NCBI GenBank assembly: GCA_964598655.1
Contig: CAZRCT010000012.1
Span: 101-64,100, forward strand
From: an uncultured Gemmatimonadaceae bacterium
GTDB lineage: Bacteria; Gemmatimonadota; Gemmatimonadetes; Gemmatimonadales; GWC2-71-9
DNA length: 64,000 bases
Direction: 5' to 3'
Part shown: positions 27,045 to 39,600 of the stretch, piece by piece
Layout: each line of letters begins with the position of its first letter
How positions within the stretch are numbered: the first letter of the stretch is position 1
Position numbers and translations under genes: made by a program
The notes under the pieces: model-generated
Databases searched by the model: none
What the model was told of the DNA's origin: nothing
What the model saw: the letters and a program-made list of their open reading frames with translations, nothing else

Positions 27045-28895
27045 CTAGACCGGCTTCGCCGCCAGCGACCCGCCGAGCACCTCCACCGCCACCGGCACTC
27101 GCCCGAGCGGTGCCGAGACCTGCGCGCCCTGCACCCGCGCCTTCACCGCCTGGAGCATCTCGCGCGCGATGGTCACCCCCTCCGCGAGGCCGGCTTCCTT
27201 GCCGTGCTGGCTCGCCTTCCGCATGCGCTCCACCACCTCGGGCGGGATCACCACCCCCGGCACCTCGTTGGCCATGAACTCCGCGTTCCGGAGCGACACC
27301 AGCGGCCAGATGCCGGCGATGATCGGCACCCGGAACTCCTCGACCCGCTTGAGGAACCGATCGAGCTGGTCCAGGTCAAAGACCGGCTGGGTGATGGCGT
27401 ACTCGGCCCCCGCCTCCACCTTCCAGGCGAAGCGCCGGAGTTCGCGCTCCAGGTCCACCGCCGCCGGGTTCACGCCCACGCCGATGACGAACCTGGTGCG
27501 GTCGCCGAGCGCGTTGCCCCCGGGGTCGAGGCCGTGGTTCAGCCGGCTCACCAGATTGGTGAGGCCGATGCTGTCGATGTCGAACACCGCCGTGGCATCC
27601 GGGTACGGCCCCATCTTCGGCGGGTCGCCGGTGACGATGAGCAGGTTCCGGATGCCGCTCGCCGCCGCGCCGAGCAGGTCGGAGAGCATGCCGAGGAAGT
27701 TCCGGTCGCGGCAGGCGTAGTGCACCACCGCCTCGAGGCCGAGCTCGCGCTGGATGAGGAGGCCGGACAGCAGGGCCCCCATGCGGCTCTGCGCGCGCGG
27801 GCCGTCGGGCACGTTCACCGCGTCCACGCCCGCCGCCTGCAGCGCGCGGGCCTGCGCAAACATCCCCTCGGGATTGATCCCCTTCGGCGGCACGATCTCC
27901 ACCGTGGTGACGAACTGCCGCGCCGCCAGCCTGGCCCCGAGGCGCGAGCGCTCGGCGAGCGGCACGGGCGGGGTGGGCTCGGCGAGCACCGGCGCCACCG
28001 TGTGTGCCGAGGAGTGGCGGGGCCGCACGCTCCGCACGAAGCCCACCATGGCCTTGGTGTGCTCCGGCGTGGTGCCGCAGCAGCCGCCCACGAAGCGGGC
28101 CCCGGCCTCCACCATGCGCCGCGCGTAGTCGGCCATGTACTCGGGGCTGGCCATGTAGATCTTGCGGTCGCCGACGTCGCGGGGGAGGCCGGCGTTGGGC
28201 TGCGCGGAGATGGGCCGGGTGACCACCGGCGCGAGCTTCTCCACCACGCTGAGCACACCCGCGGGGCCGACGGAGCAGTTCACGCCGATCACGTCGGCGC
28301 CCATGCTCTCCAGCAGCGGGCCCCAGGTGGCGCTCTCAGTGCCGTAGTGCGTCTTGCCGTCGGTCCCCACCGTCATCTGCGCGATGATCGGCAGTGCGCA
28401 CCGCGCCCGGATGGCGGCGATGGCGGCGCGGACCTCCTCCACGTCGCTGAACGTCTCGACGATGAACCCGTCCACCCCGCCCGCCAGCAGCCCGTCCACC
28501 TGCCGGGCGAAGTGCGCCTCCGCCTCCGCGTGCGACATCTCGCCGAACGGCTCGATGCGGACCCCGAGCGGGCCGATGGCGCCCACCACGGAGGCGCGGT
28601 CGCCGGCGGCATCGCGGGCCAGCTCCGCCGCGGCGCGGTTGATGGCCTCCGTCTCGGCCGCCAGCCCGTAGTGGGCCAGCTTCACGGGATTGGCGCCGAA
28701 GGTGTTGGTCTCCAGGATCTCGGCGCCCGCCCGCACGTACTCGCGGTGGATGTCGCGGATCAGGTCCGGCTGGCGCAGCGCCAGCTCGTCGTAGCACACG
28801 TTGAGGAAGACGCCCTTCTGGTAGAGCATCGTGCCCATGGCGCCGTCCACCACGTGGGTGCGGCCGTCGGCGATCAGCTCGGCAAGCGTGGTCAT
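27045..28895 (-). CDS. bifunctional homocysteine S-methyltransferase / 5,10-methylenetetrahydrofolate reductase (YitJ-like fusion)
   Basis: ORF 27045..28985, start at MTTLAELI (ATG 28895); N-terminal Hcy-binding domain (…DGAMGTMLY…ETNTFGAN…GGCCGTTPEH), C-terminal MTHFR domain (…VEIVPPKG…TGDPPK…). Confidence 0.85.
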   Translation of the reverse strand: MTTLAELIADGRTHVVDGAMGTMLYQKGVFLNVCYDELALRQPDLIRDIHREYVRAGAEILETNTFGANPVKLAHYGLAAETEAINRAAAELARDAAGDRASVVGAIGPLGVRIEPFGEMSHAEAEAHFARQVDGLLAGGVDGFIVETFSDVEEVRAAIAAIRARCALPIIAQMTVGTDGKTHYGTESATWGPLLESMGADVIGVNCSVGPAGVLSVVEKLAPVVTRPISAQPNAGLPRDVGDRKIYMASPEYMADYARRMVEAGARFVGGCCGTTPEHTKAMVGFVRSVRPRHSSAHTVAPVLAEPTPPVPLAERSRLGARLAARQFVTTVEIVPPKGINPEGMFAQARALQAAGVDAVNVPDGPRAQSRMGALLSGLLIQRELGLEAVVHYACRDRNFLGMLSDLLGAAASGIRNLLIVTGDPPKMGPYPDATAVFDIDSIGLTNLVSRLNHGLDPGGNALGDRTRFVIGVGVNPAAVDLERELRRFAWKVEAGAEYAITQPVFDLDQLDRFLKRVEEFRVPIIAGIWPLVSLRNAEFMANEVPGVVIPPEVVERMRKASQHGKEAGLAEGVTIAREMLQAVKARVQGAQVSAPLGRVPVAVEVLGGSLAAKPV

Positions 28896-28909
28896 GGTCC
28901 CGTCCGCGT

Positions 28910-32644
<3,735 letters not shown>

Positions 32645-32765
32645 GCCAACCTCGACGAAAAAACCCCGGGCACCTGACGGCACCTCGGGGGGCAGCCGTT
32701 TTAGCAGTTGTTTTACGTGGCTGCAATAGGCGCAAATCACCACGGGCTTCGATTGTGCCGGAAAG
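32645..32765 (-). promoter_or_regulatory. structured metH leader: candidate riboswitch/attenuator
   Basis: 121-nt spacer between yggU-like stop and metH ATG contains a 5-bp-stem hairpin with 19-nt loop (CGUGG…CCACG, 32716-32744), a 3' tail GCUAAAA complementary to the loop, and a terminator (see next feature). Confidence 0.5.
32658..32690 (-). terminator. intrinsic terminator inside the metH leader (attenuator)
   Basis: Minus-strand RNA CCCCGAGG-UGCCGUCAGGUG-CCCGGGG followed by UUUUUU, ending 13 nt before the metH AUG. Confidence 0.65.
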
Positions 32766-33077
32766 CTACCCCGGTCCCCCCGGCGGCTCAAGCCGAAGCC
32801 GCCGCGCGGCCTCGGCGGGCGTGATTCCCGCCACCGCCACCACCTTCCGCCGCCCGGTCTCCCCCGCCACGAGGCGCACCACCCCGCGCTTCACGCCAAG
32901 CGCCTCCGCCACGAGCTCCACCACCGCCTCGTTGGCCGCGCCCTCCACCGGCGGCGCCTGCACCCGCACCTTGAGGGCGTCGCCCTGCAGGCCGAGGACC
33001 TCGCTCTTCGACGCCCGTGGCTGCACCTGCAGCGCGATCCGGATGCCGTCTCTGGCCGGCGTGATGGGGTGGGGCAT
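32766..33077 (-). CDS. DUF167 (YggU) family protein
   Basis: C-terminal 103 codons of ORF 32766..33737; [29 protein letters not shown]…[17 protein letters not shown]…. Confidence 0.8.
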   Translation of the reverse strand: MPHPITPARDGIRIALQVQPRASKSEVLGLQGDALKVRVQAPPVEGAANEAVVELVAEALGVKRGVVRLVAGETGRRKVVAVAGITPAEAARRLRLEPPGGPG

Positions 33078-33134
33078 GGGGGGCTGGTTGTATAGGTTTG
33101 CCGCAGCGGCGCGGAGGGCCGCGAAGGTACTGCA

Positions 33135-33328
33135 GGAACCACAGAGACACGGAGCACACGGAGGCCAGGGAGGCCTCGAGCCCTGATTGGGGCATCGCCG
33201 ATCGGGGCCCCGGCGTTCTTGGGGTGGGGCTCCGCGAGGGGTGGGGGACGTCGCCCGACCCGACCATGCACCCCCATCCCCCTGCTGTTCTCTGTGCCCC
33301 TCCGTGTCCGCTGTGCCTCTGTGGTTCC
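33135..33328 (+). repeat. MITE-like palindromic repeat, copy A (194 bp)
   Basis: Terminal inverted repeats GGAACCACAGAGACACGGAGCACACGGAGG … CCTCCGTGTCCGCTGTGCCTCTGTGGTTCC; homologous to 46350-46540 and 51525-51714; internal hairpin 33180-33208. Confidence 0.85.
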
Positions 33329-33418
33329 CGGACGAGTCCCCCGCCGAGCCAACGCCCTTCCCTCGGCGCGCGCAGGACCGCCGCGCCTCCGCGGTGAACG
33401 AGAGTGCCCAGCCCCTCC

Positions 33419-34009
33419 CTACATGAGCGCCCGCTGCAGCGCCGGCACCACGAACCCCTGCGCCAGCATCAGCATGAAGTACGCGACGATCGGCGACACG
33501 TCGATCATGCCGAGCGGCGGGATGATCCGCCGCAGCGGCTCGAGCAGCCAGTCCGTCATCCCGTGGATGATCCGCATGGGCCGCGAGTACGGCGACACCG
33601 CGAACCAGCTCGCGATCACCCGCACGAAGATGGCGAACTGCAGCACCCGGAACACCAGGTCTACCGCGAACACGATCAGGCTGCCGGGCCCCGCGCTCGC
33701 CGCGAACAGCGTGGTGTACACGAACCCGATCAGCCACTGCACCAGCGCCAGGAAGGCGAGCCCCCCAAGGAGCGCCGCCCAGAACAGGAAGTACGGCGCC
33801 GAGCCCGGATTGCCGCCCGAGCGCAGCAGCCGCTGCTCCAGCGGCTTGACCAACGGCGCGCCGAGCTGGCGCCCGAACCGCGCGTAGGCATGGAACGGCG
33901 TGATCCGCCGCGTGGCCACCAGCCAGTGCGCCGACGCCACCACCGCCGCCAGCACGAAGCCGCCGAACACCAGCACCCGCGCCGCCAGTTCCAGGTAGTA
34001 GGCGATCAT
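33419..34009 (-). CDS. YggT family integral membrane protein
   Basis: ORF 33419..34078, start at MIAYYLEL (ATG 34009); four TM segments and …IIPPLGMIDVSPIVAYF… motif. Confidence 0.8.
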   Translation of the reverse strand: MIAYYLELAARVLVFGGFVLAAVVASAHWLVATRRITPFHAYARFGRQLGAPLVKPLEQRLLRSGGNPGSAPYFLFWAALLGGLAFLALVQWLIGFVYTTLFAASAGPGSLIVFAVDLVFRVLQFAIFVRVIASWFAVSPYSRPMRIIHGMTDWLLEPLRRIIPPLGMIDVSPIVAYFMLMLAQGFVVPALQRALM

Positions 34010-34016
34010 GCCGCGC

Positions 34017-34475
34017 TCAGGGCCGCCGGACGGTGAAGGTGCGCGTGGCGCCGTCCGCCACCACGCACTGCACCTCAAACGTCCCCTCGTTCATCATGGC
34101 CTGCTCGATCACCAGGTTGGTGCCGCTGCAGCTCTCCAGCTGGTGCCCCTCCAGCCGCCGGAAGCGGATCGTCACCAGCGGGTCGCCGCCCACCCGGGAG
34201 AGGCCCCGGGTGGTGGTGGCCGTGAGGGTGTCGATCCCCGCCTGCCGGAACGACGTCGGCAGCCGGCCCTGGTGCGAGGCCTTGTACGCCACCACCCGGT
34301 CCATGATGTCGAACACCTCGGCGCCGAGCGCCTGGGCGTCCGCCTGCGCCGGGTCGGCCGGCGCCTCGTCCTCGGCGGCGGGCTTGGCCTTGGGCTTCGC
34401 CTCATTCTTGCCGCAGCCGGTGAGCGCCACCCCGAGGGCGAGCACCACCAGCGCGCTACTCCATCGCGAATTCAC
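34017..34475 (-). CDS. hypothetical lipoprotein
   Basis: GTG start; signal/lipobox …VVLALGVALTGCGKNE; overlaps desaturase stop by 20 nt. Confidence 0.6.
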   Translation of the reverse strand: MNSRWSSALVVLALGVALTGCGKNEAKPKAKPAAEDEAPADPAQADAQALGAEVFDIMDRVVAYKASHQGRLPTSFRQAGIDTLTATTTRGLSRVGGDPLVTIRFRRLEGHQLESCSGTNLVIEQAMMNEGTFEVQCVVADGATRTFTVRRP

Positions 34476-35430
34476 GGTTGAACACCACCTCGAAGTTGAA
34501 CGTCTTCGCCTTGCTCTTGCTCTCGATGTAGTCGGCGATCCGCGCCAGCCGCTCCGGGATCCCCAGGATCTTCTCCTGCGCCTTCCGGCCGGCGGCGTTG
34601 AGGCCCTCGAGCGCGTCGATCCGCCAGTAGCGGAGCTGCTCCTGCACGATCCGCAGGTAGTCCCGCGGCCCGTAGATCCCGGCCCGGCGGATCACGTCGG
34701 CCAGGTCGCGGAAGCCGGGCATGGTGTGGCCCGGCATCTCGATGCTCGGCAGGATGTGCGCGGCCGAGACCAGCGCCTCGTTCGGGTCGCGCGCCAGGAT
34801 CTCGGCGAAGATGGTGCGGTAGAAGGTGAAGTGCCGCGCCTCCTCGCTCGCCACGTTGGCCAGCACCTCGCCCAGGAGCGGCTCGTACTGCCCGATCAGC
34901 TTGCCCGTCTCCCCGTGCGACTGCTGCGTGGCCCGCTCCTGCAGCGTGGTGTAGGCGAAGACCCGGTACGGATCCTTGTCCCAGTCCGGCGTGAACCCCG
35001 CCCGGAGGTACTCGAACTGCATCGCCTCGAGGTGCCGCTGGTTCACGATGCGCGCCTCGTGCAGGTAGTCGTGCAGGATCACCCCGTGGCGGTCCTCTTC
35101 GGCCGTCCACAGGTGGTTCCACGCCTGCCAGTGCGAGTCGTCCCCGAGGTGGGTGGCGAGGAGGCGGTGGAAATGCGGCAGTCCCTCCTCGGTGAGCATG
35201 TTGAGCGCCAGGGCGGCGCGCGCGGGATCGGGAATGCCGCGCGCCCGGGTACGCAGCGCCGCGTAGTGGGCGTCGGGATCCTCGCCCGGCCTCGGGCCCA
35301 GCAGGTCGCTCGGGAACCAGAGCGGGCGCTTGGCCTCGTGCTGCGCCATCAGCTCCTGCACCTTCGCCTCGAGGTCCTTGAGGACCTCGACCTTGGTGAG
35401 GAACGTGCGGATCGGGTTGGGCAGTGCCAT
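34456..35430 (-). CDS. soluble acyl-ACP desaturase family di-iron enzyme
   Basis: ORF 34456..35490, start at MALPNPIRT (ATG 35430); di-iron motifs …TAEEDRHG… and …ASEEARHF…. Confidence 0.85.
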   Translation of the reverse strand: MALPNPIRTFLTKVEVLKDLEAKVQELMAQHEAKRPLWFPSDLLGPRPGEDPDAHYAALRTRARGIPDPARAALALNMLTEEGLPHFHRLLATHLGDDSHWQAWNHLWTAEEDRHGVILHDYLHEARIVNQRHLEAMQFEYLRAGFTPDWDKDPYRVFAYTTLQERATQQSHGETGKLIGQYEPLLGEVLANVASEEARHFTFYRTIFAEILARDPNEALVSAAHILPSIEMPGHTMPGFRDLADVIRRAGIYGPRDYLRIVQEQLRYWRIDALEGLNAAGRKAQEKILGIPERLARIADYIESKSKAKTFNFEVVFNREFAME

Positions 35431-35451
35431 GCGGATCCCGGCAAAGAGACC

Positions 35452-35483
35452 GCGGGCCCCGAGGAGACTCCTCGCGGGCCCGC
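35452..35483 (-). terminator. hairpin between GNAT gene and desaturase gene
   Basis: GCGGGCCCCGAGGAG-a-CTCCTCG(C)GGGCCCGC, ~15-bp stem with one bulge; followed on minus strand by GTCTCTTTGCC. Confidence 0.45.
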
Positions 35484-35542
35484 ATTTCATTCGTGCGGCG
35501 GGACAGGAGCAGGAAAAGGTTACCCGCCCCGCCGGGGGGGCG

Positions 35543-35974
35543 CTAGACGGTGGTCGTGAGCGACTTCTCCATGAGGTACCAGGTGCCGCCCCCGAAGTAG
35601 CCCTCGCGGCGGAGGACCCGGCGCCAGCCGTGGAGCAGCAGCTCCGGCTCCCCTGCAGGATCGTCGCTCCAGAACTCGGCGAGGTGCGCTCCCAAGTCGC
35701 GGGCGTGCTCCTCGAAGGCGCTCAGCAGCCGGTGTCCGTGGCCCTGGCCGCGCTCCTCCTGGCGGACGGCCAGGTCCACCACCGTCGCCACCCCGCCGCG
35801 CGTGGTGTACCGCAGGCCACCCACCCAGTCGCCGATGGCGTTGCTGAGGATCAGGTAGTGGTCCACCAGGTGCGTGGGCGCCCCCGTGGCCCGCTCCTCG
35901 TGCAACGTGAGATCGGCAAACCAGTCGGCGAATTCCTCGCCGCTCTCCATTTCCCGAATCGTCAGTTCACTCAT
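35543..35974 (-). CDS. GNAT family N-acetyltransferase
   Basis: ORF 35543..36046, start at MSELTIREM (ATG 35974); …LAVRQEERGQGHGHRLL… acetyl-CoA motif. Confidence 0.75.
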   Translation of the reverse strand: MSELTIREMESGEEFADWFADLTLHEERATGAPTHLVDHYLILSNAIGDWVGGLRYTTRGGVATVVDLAVRQEERGQGHGHRLLSAFEEHARDLGAHLAEFWSDDPAGEPELLLHGWRRVLRREGYFGGGTWYLMEKSLTTTV

Positions 35975-36296
35975 GGCATCCTCTTTTATCGGAGGATCGA
36001 CGCCGAGGTTCCAGTCCCATCTTCGGGAGCGCAACCTTGATGCCATGCATCAGGGCCGCCGCCGATTCCGACGCACCATGCCAAGTTGTTGTTTCACATA
36101 GCCTTATCGGTGTGAGCCTGGACACACCAGCCCCACCGCGCCCGTGCGCGCCCGCCACCGGCCGCAGTCCCGCCGCAGCGGGACGTTCCGCAACACACCG
36201 TGGAGGATTTCCGGGCGATTCGGGAGAGTGAGGCCGGCGGACCAGGTCCGCCAGCCACGTCGGGCTTCCGCCACCCAGCCTCGGTGTGCGCCGAGG

Positions 36297-36566
36297 TCAG
36301 TGCGTCTCGCAGCGCACCGAGTCGGGCTCGATGCGGTCGCAGGCGATCGCGTCGTTCATCCCGCTGGTGATCGGCCCGCAGGCGGTGTTCTGCGCCGAGC
36401 GCTTGGCCTCGGCCTCGTTCTCGTGGGAGGCGGTGGCGGTGTTGGTGCGGCCGTTGTAGGTGACGGTGACGGTGCAGGTGGCCTTCTGCGCGCTCAGCGT
36501 GTTGAAGAGCAGCAGCGAGCCGAAGCCCAGGACGGCCACGAGGGTGACAAGGGTGCCCTTCTTCAT
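36297..36566 (-). CDS. small secreted 4-Cys protein (89 aa), unknown function
   Basis: C-terminal part of ORF 36297..37184; MKKGTLVTLVAVLGFGSLLLFNTLSAQ signal peptide; mature ~62 aa with four Cys; followed by hairpin CCTCGG-tgtgcg-CCGAGG. Confidence 0.5.
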   Translation of the reverse strand: MKKGTLVTLVAVLGFGSLLLFNTLSAQKATCTVTVTYNGRTNTATASHENEAEAKRSAQNTACGPITSGMNDAIACDRIEPDSVRCETH

Positions 36567-36628
36567 CGGGAGCCCGGAGTGCTGGAGGGAACCGGCCGCG
36601 CGGCCCCATGCCGCGCGACGGGTGGAGG

Positions 36629-39600
36629 CTACCGTGCCCGCGGTTCCTCGTCCAGAGGGAGCGGGCGGCCGTTCAGGGTATCGAGGGGGGACCAGTCGAT
36701 GTCGGCCGGCACCCCGCGCCAGACCCGCAGGGGGCCGTGCAGCATCCGCGTGCGCTGGGAGGCGAAGCCAAGCTCGATCCACCACTGGCCGCTGAAACCC
36801 GTCGGCTCGGTGGAGAGCCAGACCGGCTGTCCGTTGATGGCCACGCCGCACCGCCCGTCCGGGAAGAGCTGGATCCGGGCGGTCCACCACCGGTCGGCCC
36901 GGCGGATCCAGCGGCCCACCGGGGTGGGCCGGCCGCCCGCCCCGGTGACGAAGCCCAGCCGCTTGACCGCCAGGCTGCCTTCGCCCGCCGGATAGATCAG
37001 GCCGCAGGCCCGTCCGCTGCCGGTGTTCTTGCCGGAGAAGAGGGCGGTTGGCGCACCGGCCCGGAGGGCGCCGAGCTGCGCCTCCGTCGGCTCGGCGAGA
37101 TGGATGTACAGCTTCTGGAACAGGGTCTCGGTGATCGGCGTGTACAGCATGGCCTCCAGGCCCAGTCCCTCCGCCGGATCCCACCGCTCATGGGACACGG
37201 CGCCGCTGGCAAAGGATCCGTCGCCGTTGTTCAGGAAGCCGCGGATGCCGTCCGGCCCGGTGGTGACGTACGGGAACGGGGCGCCTCCCGCGTCCCACCG
37301 GCTGGGCCAGTGCTCGTCCCAGTCCTCGCGCAGCAGCTCGGCCACCTGGCCGGACGCCACGCGCACAGTGAGGGTGGCCTGCCGCCAGCCCGGGATCGCA
37401 ACGGTGACCGTGGCCGCGCCGGTCTTCAGGCCCTTTACCGCCCCCGCGGGCGACACCTGGAGGACCGACGAATCCCCGCTCGACCACTCGAGCGGGACCC
37501 GGACCGGAACCTGACGGCCCGCGCCATCCCGCCCCTCGACGGCGAGGTGCAAGGTGCCCCCGACGGCCAGGGGGCCCGGGGAGTTCACGAAGACCAGCGA
37601 GTCGAGGTACCGCCGGGGCTGGGCTCGGTCACGCCAGAGCACGGTGCGGATCTGGTGGCCAGCCCGCGACGGGAGGAGCCGCCGCGCCGCGGAGGGGCGA
37701 CCGGGTGGTTGCACCTCGTAGACGCGGGTGCCCGTCGTGGAACTCCTGCGCTCGAGCCACTCGGCCTCGCCCCCGGGGCTCGGGCTTGGGCCTTTCTCAA
37801 GGCTCGCCTCGAGGCGCCGCCAGCCGCCCGTGGCCAGGTCGAGCGCGGCGTAGATGCGGGTGCCGAGCGAGTCCACGCTGACGGCGACGGTGCCGGCGTC
37901 GATCCACCCGCTCACCCCGATCAGGTCAGCTCCCACCGGCTCCACGCAGGTGGGTTCCTGTCCCGCGGCCGGCGGGATCCAGCAGACGGATGACCGGCGC
38001 TCGATGTCCTTCCAGTTCCGCCAGAAGGCGATGCGCTGGCCATCGGGCGACCACTGCGGGCCCGCGTCGCCGTCAGTGGTGCGGGTGAGCCGGGTGGGGG
38101 TGCCGGTGGCGGTGTCCCAGAGCACCACGTCGTAGTCGTCCTGGGTCGGCGGGCTCCAGCGGGCCGAGGTGCCCACGACGTACCGGCCGTCCGGTGACCA
38201 GTCGCTCGGCTGGTCGTCCCGGGGGGTGCGGGTCAGGCGGCGTGCCCGGCCGCCGCTCGCGATGTAGAGATCCACCGTCCCCGAATCCACTTCCTTGGGC
38301 CGGGCAATGGAGAAGGCGAGGCTGGTGAAGTCGGGCGCCGGGTTGATCGACTGCGCCTCCCCGCCCGGCTGCGAGAGCACCCCGGCGGGAAAGGCGGGGA
38401 ACTCGAGGGGGTGGAGCTGGAGGGGGCCCTCGTCGCTCCAGATGTCGGGTGCGATGTCCACCGCCGCGAAGTGCCAGGCCCCGAGGCTGTCCACCTCAGT
38501 GGCCACGAGGGACAGGGCCGGGGGTGTCGGCCGGAGGGCCACGGCCCCCACGATCAGGAGCAGCACGACCAGCAGTCCGGCGCCGATCGCCCCGCGCGCC
38601 GAGCTGCGTAGCAGCCGCGTGACCACCGGGAGCCGCCGTACCAGCGCCGCGACTTCATCGTGCGGCGTCCCCTCGCCCAGGAACTCGTAGGCGATGGCCA
38701 CCACGCGGCGCCCGTCGCCCTGGGCGCGGAGGCGGGTGAGGTAGCGGCTGAAGACGCCCGCCAGCTCCACGTGGCGGCTGGCCAGGTGGAGGTGCCGCCC
38801 GGCGCGCGCCAGGTCGGTGAGCTCGGCGCGGCGGAGCCCGGCCAGGGCCCGGCCCAGGTTGGCGTGCAGCTCGGCCACGCTGCCCGCGTCGGCCAGGTCC
38901 TGGCTGGCGGCGGCGATCTCGTCGTGGGCGGGCTGGAAGTGGTCCCCGGCGCGGGTCACCAGGCCGCGCTGTTCCAGCACGGCGAGCGCGCCCTCCGCCG
39001 CCCCGGGCGCGAGCCCCGTGGCGGGGGCCACCAGGTGGACCGGCAGCGGGGTGCCGGCCAGCGCCAGGGCCAGCAGCGCGCGCCTGGCGGGATGCTCGAG
39101 CTGGGTCACCCGGTGGCGGATGGCGCTGCCCTCGCCCAGCCGCCGCGCCAGGCCGGCGGGCTCCGGGCAGCTCCACGCGCCGTCGCCGAGCGCCAGCCAG
39201 CCAGCCTCGAGCGCCAGCTGCAGGGTCTCGAGGATCAGGAGGGGGGAGCCCCCGGTGGCGCGGGCCAGCGCCGCCGTCAGCTGCGGGCCCCACGGTTCCG
39301 CTGGCACGCTGCCGAGGCTCCCCACCAGCGCCAGCACCTGCGCGGCGGTGAGGGGGTGGAGCGGGAGCACCAGCGAGCCGTCGCCCGCCACGCTCGTCTG
39401 GCCGCTCAGGCGGCTGGCGGTGACCACCAGAGCCCGCGTGTCGCCCAGGCGCTCGAGGACGCTCCGGAGCGCGCTCCGCGACGCGGCGTCGAGCCAGTGC
39501 GAGTCGTCGAGGAGGAGGGCCACCGGGCGCTCGTCGCTCACCACGGCCAGCAGTTCGGCCAGGGCGGCGGCGCGGCGGCGGAGGGCCTCCTCGCCGGCCG

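Noticed and set aside
32664-32700. Strings resembling conserved SAH-riboswitch segments (CCGAGG.GC, GUCAGG, AACGGC) in the metH leader
   Set aside because: The order of the segments is wrong for the SAH aptamer topology, since the AACGGC piece is 5' rather than 3'. The CCCCGAGG/CCCGGGG helix followed by U6 is better explained as a plain terminator.
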